Shown here: piece by piece, positions 40,621-49,807 of the stretch | How the letters are laid out: each line of letters begins with the position of its first letter | Numbering within the stretch: the first letter of the stretch is position 1 | DNA from: Candidatus Poribacteria bacterium | GTDB taxonomy: Bacteria; Poribacteria; WGA-4E; PCPOR2b | NCBI GenBank assembly: GCA_965215015.1 | Contig: OZ244042.1 | Coordinates: 5,248,001-5,312,000, forward strand | Length of the DNA stretch: 64,000 bases | Direction: 5' to 3' | Notes under the pieces: generated by a model | The model's database searches: none | What the model saw: the letters and a program-made list of their open reading frames with translations, nothing else | Told to the model about the DNA's origin: nothing | Made by a program: the position numbers and the translations under genes

Positions 40621-42228
40621 CTACGGATTCATCACCGTTACCTCTTCGCCATCCTTAAGGGTGTGCTGCCCGGCGATGACTACCTGCTCGCCCTCAGAGA
40701 GACCGTTAGTAATCTCCACCCGGCTGCTTTCAGCCAACCCTATCTTGACCTGCCGGCGTTTGCTGCGTCCATCGGCAACGACAAAGACGGTTTGGATCTT
40801 TTTGACGTTATCTTCGATTATCGCAGAACGCGGGAGGAGGAGGGCGTTTTCATGAATTTCCACTGGAATCCTAACCTTCGCAAACATGCCCGGCTTCAGG
40901 CGCAGCAGTGCGTTGTCAATCGTAATTTCGACTTTCGCAGATCGACTCGCTTGGTCGAGAACGGGGCTGATCAGGGAGATTTTCCCGGTGACAGGTTGTG
41001 CCAACGCATCCACCTCAATCCACGCCTCCTGATTATCGGGGTCAAGTTTGCTCAGATCTGCTTCGATGACACTGACTGTTGCTTTCACGGTATCGATGTC
41101 CACAATCTCGAAGATTGGTGCGGTTGGGGCTGCTAGCCCCCCCAGATCCAGATAACGCATGGACAAGATTCCAGCGATTGGTGCCGTGATTGTTGCGTCG
41201 TCAAGGTGCTCTTGCGCGAGCTTCTGTGCGATTTTTGCTTGTTCCAGCGCGGTCTCCGCGGCAATAATTTCCGCCTCCCAACTTTTGGCGGCTGCCAACG
41301 CCTCGGCGGCTTCGAGAGTTGCACGCGCCCCCTCTACTTGGGACTGTGCTAATGCCCTATCCTTTTCCCATGTTTTTGTGTCCGCTTGGGCGTAAGCGAG
41401 TTTGAGGGCGGCTTCTGCCTGTGCGACCTGTGCTTCCATTGCTTGGATATCTTCCAAGCGTGCACCATTTTGGATAAGTGCGCGTTGTTCATTAGCGACC
41501 TCGTATTGCGATTTGGCAATATCTAATTGGGTTTTTGCTGATTCAAAGGATTGTTTGCTGATTGCGCCATTCTCAAAGAGTTTTTTCATGCGCTTGTGGT
41601 TATTCCGTGCATTGGTGAGGCTTGCCTTTGCTCCAGCCAAGGCAGCCTCTGCCTGCCTAAGATCCTCATCTCTCGCGCCACGCTTAATCTTGTCTAAATT
41701 TGCCTTGAGGGATTCCAAGCCTGCCTTTGCCTGTTCAACCTGTGAGGTGGTGCGGGTTTGTGACAAATCTTCTACCTGCTGTAGGGCAATGGTAGTGGAT
41801 GCCAGCTGTGCCTTTGCCTGATTGATTTGCGATTGGACACGAACCTTGGCTAACTTCTGTGCTTGATTCAAAGCGGTTTCCGCAGCCCGCATTGCGGCTT
41901 CTGCTTGACGCACTTGGAGCCTCAACTCTGCGTGTTCAATGACCGCGAGCATTTGTCCTTTTGTCACCCTTGCTCCTTCTTCAACGTCCATTTGAATGAT
42001 TTTTCCGGGCACTTCGGGGAAGACGGTGACTCGAGAGTTTGCTTCAATTGTGCCGGACAGCTGCAGCTCGGAGCGGATTTCGCCGCGGGGTGCTTTCATC
42101 ACCTCGACAGCTTTGATTGTTGCAGCGACCGCTTCGGTTTCACTCCTTTGTTGCCTAGTGGCAAATCTGATGAGAATCGCTGCGAGAGCGATTAGGATTA
42201 TTAGTACGATAATCCCCAATTTTTTCAT
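40621..42228 (-). CDS. RND efflux membrane fusion (periplasmic adaptor) protein with long coiled coil
   Basis: N-terminal TM; lipoyl halves VEEGARVTKGQ and ITAPIAG; LKPGMFAKV; GLSEGEQVV. Confidence 0.92.
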   Translation of the reverse strand: MKKLGIIVLIILIALAAILIRFATRQQRSETEAVAATIKAVEVMKAPRGEIRSELQLSGTIEANSRVTVFPEVPGKIIQMDVEEGARVTKGQMLAVIEHAELRLQVRQAEAAMRAAETALNQAQKLAKVRVQSQINQAKAQLASTTIALQQVEDLSQTRTTSQVEQAKAGLESLKANLDKIKRGARDEDLRQAEAALAGAKASLTNARNNHKRMKKLFENGAISKQSFESAKTQLDIAKSQYEVANEQRALIQNGARLEDIQAMEAQVAQAEAALKLAYAQADTKTWEKDRALAQSQVEGARATLEAAEALAAAKSWEAEIIAAETALEQAKIAQKLAQEHLDDATITAPIAGILSMRYLDLGGLAAPTAPIFEIVDIDTVKATVSVIEADLSKLDPDNQEAWIEVDALAQPVTGKISLISPVLDQASRSAKVEITIDNALLRLKPGMFAKVRIPVEIHENALLLPRSAIIEDNVKKIQTVFVVADGRSKRRQVKIGLAESSRVEITNGLSEGEQVVIAGQHTLKDGEEVTVMNP

Positions 42229-42339
42229 TTTTTATCTCCGTAATGTAATACGTGATTTGTAATTTGCATGAAGGTTACAACATACGGCGTATGCCTACTA
42301 CCTTAAAACCCAACCTACAATACAATACTTTCTATTGAA

Positions 42340-43563
42340 TTAAGTGGGGTGCTGAGACATATCTGAAATGAGGGCTTGGACCTCCGTTTCTAATTCCAGT
42401 GTGATGTCCTGTACTGTCTGTTTTTTTTGCTGTTTGTAGGTTTCGTATAGGTCAAGCAGGTTCTTTGGGGCACCGAAACGCATGAACACGATACGGGGTC
42501 CCCTTGGTTTTGAGACTCCAAAAACCTCTCTTTCCAACCGAGTGATGACTTCCAGAAAACGCTCTGGCGATCGAGTTTCACCGACGTAGCCGTCGTAGAT
42601 GGCTATGAAATTAAACAGGCGGTTTAGATCCGGATAAAATTCTTGAAATTTTTCCAGTCGCTGTTCGTGTATCTGTTTTTCATAAGCGGAGATTTCGTCC
42701 GTTTCCCTGTAGACTTCTGCATCGATTAGATTCTTCAGGGCGCGGACGCGTGTTCTAGGAAGGGTGGTTGTTTGGGGTGTAACGCCCATAAATTCCTCCA
42801 TCTGCAAAAGGATATGTTCGCGCAACGCCTCAATCCGCTCGTTCAGCGATCTATTTTTATCCGCTCTAAGTTTATATTCCCTTTCCAGCGTTGACACTAT
42901 AGCGGCACCAATCTGTCGCAGCCGCCCATACAGATCTTCGGCGGCGGGTGAGCCTTGGGGCAGAATTTTTCGCTCTAATCTGGCGAGTGCGTCCTCGATT
43001 TCGTCCCACATCTCCTGGTCGTAGATGTACTTAATACCGATTGGAACAATGTAAAGTGGTTTGACTGCGTCTGCCTTTTCCATGTCGGCCAACGCCCAGA
43101 AGCAGAGTTGGACAACGCCGCTTTCAAAGGGGAGCACCGTATCGTTCTGACGTGAGATTTCGCCTTCGGCAAAGATGACCAACGGGTGCTTGCCTTCTGC
43201 CAGTAGTCTCCGCGTTGTCCGAAATGCTTCTCTGTCCACGCTAGCGCGCACCACAGAGTATGTCCCCAGCCGCTGCATAAAAAAACTTCTGACTTGACCT
43301 TTGAAGGTTTCCCGCGCACACATATAGCAAAACTGGCCTCCAATTCGTTTCGATAGCGCGAACATGATGGAAGCGTCCGCATAGTCGGCGTGGTTGGGCA
43401 CCAGGACCATCGGGTGGTTTGCAATTTCCCTTAGCTGCTCCAGTGATTCAGGGTCGATAACGAATTTAGAGATTTTCATCGGGCCGCGCAGCACGAAAGG
43501 CACCAGCCATTGGGCTGCCCTGATGAAAAGTGAGTTTGGTTTGGGCGGCTTGAAGTCTAGCAT
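42340..43563 (-). CDS. Phospholipid/glycerol acyltransferase (PlsC superfamily)
   Basis: PNHADYAD (HX4D), YSVVR, IFAEGE, IVPIGIKY. Confidence 0.88.
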   Translation of the reverse strand: MLDFKPPKPNSLFIRAAQWLVPFVLRGPMKISKFVIDPESLEQLREIANHPMVLVPNHADYADASIMFALSKRIGGQFCYMCARETFKGQVRSFFMQRLGTYSVVRASVDREAFRTTRRLLAEGKHPLVIFAEGEISRQNDTVLPFESGVVQLCFWALADMEKADAVKPLYIVPIGIKYIYDQEMWDEIEDALARLERKILPQGSPAAEDLYGRLRQIGAAIVSTLEREYKLRADKNRSLNERIEALREHILLQMEEFMGVTPQTTTLPRTRVRALKNLIDAEVYRETDEISAYEKQIHEQRLEKFQEFYPDLNRLFNFIAIYDGYVGETRSPERFLEVITRLEREVFGVSKPRGPRIVFMRFGAPKNLLDLYETYKQQKKQTVQDITLELETEVQALISDMSQHPT

Positions 43564-43654
43564 TTTAATTGGTTCATTAGTTCATTAAATATACACCTGT
43601 CGCACCTTTGGAGCTAATGAAGCGTAATACGTGATACGTAAGAAGAGAGGGGGC

Positions 43655-45085
43655 CTAATTGTTTATTGGCATTTTTTGCCCAATTGCTTTTTCCAATCGG
43701 GCGAGTCCCACGGCGTAGTCGTGCAAGGATTGGAGGCGGTTCACCTCCGCTTGTGAGAATGCGAGTTGTGCGTCGGTCAGTTCAACACTGGTGATCATCC
43801 CGTTTTCATAGCGCAAGTTCGCAATTCGCACGCTCTCTTGGGCTTGCTCAACCGTTTCGCGTTGCACATCGATGAGTGTCTTTGCCTCAAGCAGATTGAG
43901 GTAAGCAGATCTCACTTCTAACTCGATGGCGTTGGTCATTTGTTGCTTCCCAAGCTGTGTCTGTTTCAGTCCGGATTCTGCTTGCTTCACGGCAGCCCGC
44001 GTCGCTAAACCGTCGAAGATAGGGACATTAAGGGCGAGACCGAGATTCCAGATTCGGTTCATCTCTTCAAGTCTTTCGTTATGGTCGATCTGATAGTTGG
44101 TAAAAAAGGAGAGGGCGGGACGGCTGCGGGTCTTGGCGACGTCAACCTGTTTTTTGGCGGCACCTTCGCTGAATTGGAACTGATGGAGCTCTGGTCGTTT
44201 CTCCATCGCCAGTTGGATCAGCGGCTCAAGGTCAAATTTGAGGATTGGTCGTTCCAAGCTACCATACACCTCGATTGACTCTCCGAGGCCGATATTCAGC
44301 ACATTTTTATAAACATCCATGGCAACCCGCTCACTATTTTTGGCGCGGATTAGGTTCGATCTGGCATTGGCTAACAGCACTTCCGCCCGCAGGATATCAA
44401 AGTTGGTAGATGCGCCTGCCTCGAAGAGGTTTCGAGCAATTTTCAGCTGTTTTTCGACAAGTTTGACTGTCTGTTCGGAAACTTCGACAAATTCAAGGGA
44501 CAGGAGGACGCGGTAGAAGGCTTCGGAAACGTCAAGCACCAATTGGTTATACGCTGCGTCCAGTTCCTGGCGTGCCGCTTCCAAGCTGAGTTTCGCACTT
44601 TGATAGTTTTTGTAGTAACGTCCCCATGCAAAGATGGGTTGGTTCAGGGTCAGCTCCGCCTGAAAGTTATGGTGTGCTCCAAATTCCAGTTCAATGATGT
44701 TTTGGTTGTCACTGTCCGCGCTGGGAAGGGGTGGTATTTCTCCCCCTACGCCTGCTGGCGGTCCAAATGCGCCACTTGCCTCAAGGACGGATTTTGGGAG
44801 GTCTTTGGCGTATCTATAGCTACTGTTAAGTGAAACATTTGGCAACAATCCTGCATGTGCAGCGCGCACTTGTGCTTCGGCAGATTTCACGCGCTCCTGA
44901 GTTGTTTGGATCGAGAGGTTGGTTTGTCGAGCGATTTGGATGCTATCTTCGAGCGTCAAGGTTTTTAGCCCTTGTGCGGGTACGGTGCCAATCCATAAAA
45001 GTAGTAATATGGCTGTTCCAATTAAGAAATGTTGTTGGGTCGTTTGTGAAGCATGAAACGTGAAACGTGAAGACCGTTTCCCCAT
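43655..45085 (-). CDS. TolC family outer membrane protein
   Basis: LTLEDSIQIA, LLPNVSL, NVPIFDG, RYENGMITSVELTDAQ. Confidence 0.92.
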   Translation of the reverse strand: MGKRSSRFTFHASQTTQQHFLIGTAILLLLWIGTVPAQGLKTLTLEDSIQIARQTNLSIQTTQERVKSAEAQVRAAHAGLLPNVSLNSSYRYAKDLPKSVLEASGAFGPPAGVGGEIPPLPSADSDNQNIIELEFGAHHNFQAELTLNQPIFAWGRYYKNYQSAKLSLEAARQELDAAYNQLVLDVSEAFYRVLLSLEFVEVSEQTVKLVEKQLKIARNLFEAGASTNFDILRAEVLLANARSNLIRAKNSERVAMDVYKNVLNIGLGESIEVYGSLERPILKFDLEPLIQLAMEKRPELHQFQFSEGAAKKQVDVAKTRSRPALSFFTNYQIDHNERLEEMNRIWNLGLALNVPIFDGLATRAAVKQAESGLKQTQLGKQQMTNAIELEVRSAYLNLLEAKTLIDVQRETVEQAQESVRIANLRYENGMITSVELTDAQLAFSQAEVNRLQSLHDYAVGLARLEKAIGQKMPINN

Positions 45086-45225
45086 TCTCTTCTCCTCTGT
45101 TCAATTGTTCAATCGTTAGTGTGTTAAATTTCAATCAGGTGTTTCAACTGCATTAGGTGGAACGTGGCTTAGGCGATTTCTTCTTACAAGAATCTTTCCG
45201 TTTTCCTGAACAGGTTGGCCCCCAT

Positions 45226-46542
45226 CTACTCAAGCCTCGCCTCGATCCGTTTGACAATTTCTTCTCTTGTGAAGGTTTGCTCCAGATTCATCACATAGAC
45301 GCCGAGGTTTTCGGAGCTGTCCTCCTGTCCGACAAAGACAATTCGTGTGCCATCGGGGGTAAAGATTGGGTCGGTATTGATGACCTCGTTGTTGGTGAGT
45401 TGTCTCTGATTTTTACCGTCTGCGTCCATCATAATAATTTCGGTGTCGCCATCTCTATAGGAATCAAAAACGATTTGCGTGCCATCGGGTGAAAAAGCGG
45501 GGTGCGCGTTAATCGCTGGATCATCTGTCAATTTTATGAAATTGCTTCCATCGCTACTAACGACGCAAATTTGGCTAGAAACGCCAAGGGGCCCACCTAC
45601 AGCGTAAGCGGCGAAGGCGATACGTGCTCCGTCGGGGGAGAATGCCGGTCCGTGGTTATTGGTTTGGGTTTGGGTTAATTGTTTCTGATTCGCGCCATCT
45701 GCGTCCATGATATAAATTTCACTGTTTATGCCGGCTCTGTTCGATTCAAAAGCAATTTTGCCACCGTCGGGGGAAAAGGTCGGATTGCTATCCGTGGCAG
45801 TATTGGCGGTCAGGCGTTGGTTCGCTTTTGTATTGATATCTGTGACGAAAATTTCGTCGTTTGGGTTGTGCCATCGAATAAAAGAGACGTAGGCGACTTT
45901 TTTGGCATCGGGAGATAGAGCGGGGTTGTAGTCACTGGTATCGTTGAAGGTCAGCCGCTGCCTGTTTTCTCCGTTGATATCCGCGATGTTCATGACATAA
46001 ATCTCGTTATTGTCGTCAACGAAAGCGGTGAAAGCGACCGTATCAACGGCGGTTGAAACGTCATGAATTTGGACAAAGTTGGGGGTCAAACGGGTGCTTG
46101 GATAGGTGTCGCCGGTGAGTTTGCCAATCTTTTGAACCCAATCTTCTCGCTGCGAATTCTGCAGAATCTTCAAAAATGAACTCAGTGCAAACCTGTCGTG
46201 TCCAGCCGCCATGTACGCTTCTCCCAACGCAAGTTGTACCTCAATGCGTTGCGGTGCGGCCCTGGCAGCAGTTCTCAGGGATTCAATCGCCTCAGTATGG
46301 TGGTCTAGCTTCAGATATGCCAGTCCCAGTTGATAATGGGCTTCTGGGTTCTCCGGTGCTCCCTCTAGCAACTGCTGAAAATATGCGACCGCCCCCTGAT
46401 AATTACCGGCTGCAAGTAACCCTTTGCCTCTTTTTATAGATGTGTCTTCTCCGCAGCCGGACAGCGACACCAGCAGGATCAGGTATACTAAAACCGTGAA
46501 ACGTGATAGATAAGTTACACTGATGGGATTATATTTGTTCAT
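45226..46542 (-). CDS. Lipoprotein with TPR repeats and TolB-like PD40 beta-propeller
   Basis: Lipobox LSGC; PENPEAHYQLGLAY TPRs; five P.(F/L)(S/T)PDG-type repeats. Confidence 0.88.
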   Translation of the reverse strand: MNKYNPISVTYLSRFTVLVYLILLVSLSGCGEDTSIKRGKGLLAAGNYQGAVAYFQQLLEGAPENPEAHYQLGLAYLKLDHHTEAIESLRTAARAAPQRIEVQLALGEAYMAAGHDRFALSSFLKILQNSQREDWVQKIGKLTGDTYPSTRLTPNFVQIHDVSTAVDTVAFTAFVDDNNEIYVMNIADINGENRQRLTFNDTSDYNPALSPDAKKVAYVSFIRWHNPNDEIFVTDINTKANQRLTANTATDSNPTFSPDGGKIAFESNRAGINSEIYIMDADGANQKQLTQTQTNNHGPAFSPDGARIAFAAYAVGGPLGVSSQICVVSSDGSNFIKLTDDPAINAHPAFSPDGTQIVFDSYRDGDTEIIMMDADGKNQRQLTNNEVINTDPIFTPDGTRIVFVGQEDSSENLGVYVMNLEQTFTREEIVKRIEARLE

Positions 46543-46639
46543 TGGCTCATTAGTTTAGCAATAGTCTCCTTTAGGGGTAACACACTTCACTTTAACAGGT
46601 TTGTATTGATTTTGTCTGTGAAATTATGATACATTTTCC

Positions 46640-46841
46640 TAGCTTTCGTGGGAGTGTCTCACCCCTATCGCACGATAGGGACTCGTACCTCCCGTGAGAC
46701 GGAATGAGAGAACGCCTGTTAGGCAAAGCCTAACCGAGAGGCTACAAGCCATCTGACAGCGGCTAACAGACAGGATAGAGCCATTCCACTCCTAAAGGAA
46801 CAAGTAAGAATCCCAAGCCTTTAGGGGTGGGGGTACGTCAA
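46640..46841 (+). ncRNA. ORF-less structured element ending in an IS200/IS605 right end (omegaRNA-like or non-autonomous element)
   Basis: Multiple stems (CCCTATCG/CGATAGGG, GTCTCAC/GTGAGAC, GGAATG/CATTCC, CTGTTAG/CTAACAG, CCACTCCTAAAGG/CCTTTAGGGGTGG); 3' ~75 nt homologous to 37105-37183; TTGATT-N18-TACATT at 46606-46635. Confidence 0.55.
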
Positions 46842-47100
46842 AAGTTCATCGCTATACGTCTATCGCCCCGCCCCGATAGGTCGGGATTCAAAAGCAAGGT
46901 GCTTACTACTGTTTCCCGCTTCAATTGGGATTGGGTGTTGGGTTTCACGGTTCCCGTTTAACCCCACTCCGTTCGGAGGGTCTTCGACCTACGCGATGTC
47001 AAATGTCAACACGCCCTAGCAAAGCCATTTTTAGGTCATTTGAGGGATTTGCCCCAAAATGGACCTTCTCAAAGACGGATTGGAAATGTTTGACGGATTC

Positions 47101-47835
47101 TTAACCCTCATGATTTTGCCAATCGATTTCATCAAGTGTCTCTGCGGTCAGCACTTTCTCAAAAAGTGAATCCAAACGGGACAGACTCCGTATCAAGCTA
47201 ATCTGACTGGTTACAGATTCAGGAACGGAATCAAATCGGAACCGCAGCAGCTTGAGGAGTACCGCCTGTGTCGCTTGGGTTTTGCCCTGTTCAATGCTCT
47301 GTTCAATGCCTTGTTTAATGCCCTGTTCAATGCCTTGTTCAATACCTTGTTTAATGCCCTGTTCAATACCTTGTTCAATACCTTGTGCTTTGCCCTGTTC
47401 AATGAGATGCTCTGCCATTGTCTGCACCATGAATCCTACCTCCTCTCTATCTGAAGACTCTTGAATATGTTGGGCTACAAGTCTGCTTAACTCTTCTTTG
47501 AAATGTTTGACGGATTCTTGGCCATCATGATTTTGCCAATCGATTTCATCAAGTGTTTCTGCGGTCAGCACTTTCTCAAAGAGCGAATCCAAACGGGACA
47601 GATTCCGTATCAAGCTAATCTGATTGACTACAGATTCAGGAACGGAATCAAATCGGAACCGCAGCAGCTTGAGGAGTACCGCCTGTGTCGCTTGGGTTTT
47701 GCCCTGTTCAATGCCTTGGGCTTTGCCCCGTTCAATGCTCTGTTCAATGCCTTGTTTAATGCCCTGTTTAATGCCTTGTTTAATGCCTTGGGCTTTGCCC
47801 TGTTCAATGAGATGCTCTGCCATTGTCTGCGCCAT
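47101..47835 (-). CDS. Two fused orphan Rpn C-terminal modules (GIEQ repeats plus DUF4351-like domain)
   Basis: Both halves nearly identical to the C-terminus of 48521-49807; each has GGAGGT-N7-ATG (47835, 47430); fused by TAA>CAA at 47520-47518. Confidence 0.75.
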   Translation of the reverse strand: MAQTMAEHLIEQGKAQGIKQGIKQGIKQGIEQSIERGKAQGIEQGKTQATQAVLLKLLRFRFDSVPESVVNQISLIRNLSRLDSLFEKVLTAETLDEIDWQNHDGQESVKHFKEELSRLVAQHIQESSDREEVGFMVQTMAEHLIEQGKAQGIEQGIEQGIKQGIEQGIEQGIKQGIEQSIEQGKTQATQAVLLKLLRFRFDSVPESVTSQISLIRSLSRLDSLFEKVLTAETLDEIDWQNHEG

Positions 47836-47922
47836 GAATCCTACCTCCTCTCTATCTGAAGACTCTTGAATATGTTGGGCTACAAGTCTGCTTAACTCTT
47901 CTTTGAAATGTTTGACAGATTC

Positions 47923-48435
47923 TTAACCATCATGATTTTGCCAATCAATTTCATCAAGTGTCTCTGCAGTCAGCACTTTCTCAAAAAGTGAGTCCAAACG
48001 CGACAGACTCCGTATCAAGCTAATCTGATTGACTACAGATTCAGGAACGGAATCAAATCGGAGCCGCAGCAGCTTGAGGAGTGCCGCCTGTTTCGCTTGG
48101 GCCTCACCCTGTTCAATGAGATGCTCTGCCATTGTCTGCGCCATGAATCCTACCTCCTCTCTATCTGAAGATTCTTGAATATGTTGGGCTACAAGTCTGC
48201 TTAACTCTTCGTGCTCCGCCACAGGACGACGATGTAATATCAGCAAAAGCAGATAGGATATCGCCCGACGACGCTGCCGCGCTTGCGCTTCACCAAGAGT
48301 ATTGATGTGCAACATCGCTTCGATTAACGCACCCCTTATCACTGCCTTGGACCCATCTTCCTTTTGCAAAACCGTTAACAACCACCCAAGCGGATGGTCA
48401 GTCCGCGTCAACTTCGCTTCATCTGTCTCCTTCAT
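47923..48435 (-). CDS. Orphan 3' duplicate of the rpn gene (no nuclease motif; internal start 48144 gives a 73-aa repeat-less module)
   Basis: Near-identical to residues ~179-428 of the full gene minus the repeats; GGAGGTAGGATTC-ATG at 48144. Confidence 0.72.
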   Translation of the reverse strand: MKETDEAKLTRTDHPLGWLLTVLQKEDGSKAVIRGALIEAMLHINTLGEAQARQRRRAISYLLLLILHRRPVAEHEELSRLVAQHIQESSDREEVGFMAQTMAEHLIEQGEAQAKQAALLKLLRLRFDSVPESVVNQISLIRSLSRLDSLFEKVLTAETLDEIDWQNHDG

Positions 48436-48520
48436 ACTGAGAAACAGTTTTTAGGTCATTTGAGGGATTTGCCCCAAAATGGACCTTCTCAAAGGCAGAT
48501 TGGAAATGTTTGACGGATTC

Positions 48521-49807
48521 TTAGCCATCATGATTTTGCCAATCGATTTCATCAAGCGTCTCTGCGGTCAGCACTTTCTCAAAAAGTGAGTCCAAACGCG
48601 ACAGACTCCGTATCAAGCTAATCTGATTGACTACAGATTCAGGAACGGAATCAAATCGGAGCCGCAGCAGCTTGAGGAGTGCCGCCTGTGTCGCTCGGGC
48701 CTCACCCTGTTCAATGCCTTGTTCAATGCCTTGGGCTTTGCCTTGTTCAATACCTTGTTCAATGCCCTGTTCAATGCCTTGTTCAATGCCTTGTGCTTTG
48801 CCCTGTTCAATGCCTTGGGCTTTGCCCTGTTCAATACCTTGGGCTTTGCCCTGTTCGATACCTTCGGCTTTGCCTTGTTCGATACCTTCGGCTTTGCCTT
48901 GTTCAATGCCTTGTGCTTTGCCTTGTTCAATGCCTTGGGCTTTGCCCCGTTCAATGAGATGCTCTGCCATTGTCTGCGCCATGAGTCCTACCTCCTCTCT
49001 ATCTGAAGACTCTTGAATATGTTGGTCTACAAGTCTACTTAACTCTTCGTGCTCCACCACAGGACGACGATGTAATATCAGCAAAAGTAGATAGGATATC
49101 GCCCGACGCCGCTGCCGCGCTTCCGCTTCACCAAGAGTATTAATGTGCAACAGCGCTTCGATTAACGCACCCCTTATCACTTCCTTGGACCCATCTTCCT
49201 TTTGCAAAACCGTTAACAACCACCCAAGCGGATGATCAGTCCGCGTCAACTTCGCTTCATCTGTCTCCTTCACACTGAGAAACAGGGTGTCGAACTTCGG
49301 GACAAACCGAGAAAACACATCGGAAGTGTCCATGACTGCATCGAGGGTCAACGGGGTGCCCCATCTCTGTTCGCCGGTGTAGAATACAATCGGGAGAATC
49401 GGACGGAAACGCCACTGACTTTTGGGAACATTGTTGGATTCCCACTCCCGGCGTTGGGCATCCCAAATCTGGGTCATGTAGAACAGCACCCGAAATCCCA
49501 TTATCACATCGACGGTGGATTGGTGTTCGATGAGGATATAGATTAGCAGCTGGTCGGTTTCTGATTCGCTATGGAGTGGCACGCTAAATACGAGGTCCGA
49601 TTCCTGCTGTCGGAGGTTGTCGGTTATAAAACTCCTGTTAATCTGTGCGAGTTGGGTAAAATCGATGAGTTCTACCAGTTCGGTTGCGAGGATTTCTAAC
49701 AATCCTCGGACATTGTGTTTATCTTGAAACAACCATCGGGCACTCCGGTCGGGGAAGTGTTCAATGTGTATGTCGAAAAAATTGAGGATTTCTGTTGCTT
49801 CTACCAT
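48521..49807 (-). CDS. Rpn/YhgA-like (Transposase_31, PD-(D/E)XK) nuclease with 12-bp repeat tract and DUF4351-like tail
   Basis: SFITDNLRQQESDLVFSV, YILIEHQS, MGFRVLFYM, PILPIVFYTG; 20 GKAQ/GIEQ repeats; AAGGAG RBS; internal GGAGGT-N7-ATG at 48982. Confidence 0.92.
   Translation of the reverse strand: MVEATEILNFFDIHIEHFPDRSARWLFQDKHNVRGLLEILATELVELIDFTQLAQINRSFITDNLRQQESDLVFSVPLHSESETDQLLIYILIEHQSTVDVIMGFRVLFYMTQIWDAQRREWESNNVPKSQWRFRPILPIVFYTGEQRWGTPLTLDAVMDTSDVFSRFVPKFDTLFLSVKETDEAKLTRTDHPLGWLLTVLQKEDGSKEVIRGALIEALLHINTLGEAEARQRRRAISYLLLLILHRRPVVEHEELSRLVDQHIQESSDREEVGLMAQTMAEHLIERGKAQGIEQGKAQGIEQGKAEGIEQGKAEGIEQGKAQGIEQGKAQGIEQGKAQGIEQGIEQGIEQGIEQGKAQGIEQGIEQGEARATQAALLKLLRLRFDSVPESVVNQISLIRSLSRLDSLFEKVLTAETLDEIDWQNHDG

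Noticed and set aside
46648-46700. HDV-like ribozyme in the pseudoknot-like segment
   Set aside because: No P4 or J4/2 catalytic C segment between the P1 and P2 3' strands.
47211-49016. Cys-rich (PCSM)n and (ALFN)n ORFs over the rpn repeats
   Set aside because: Alternative-frame and antisense shadows of the 12-bp GIEQ repeat.
47101-49807. Diversity-generating retroelement (TR/VR) explanation for the rpn duplicates
   Set aside because: No reverse transcriptase in the window; differences are repeat-number changes and mixed substitutions, not adenine-specific.
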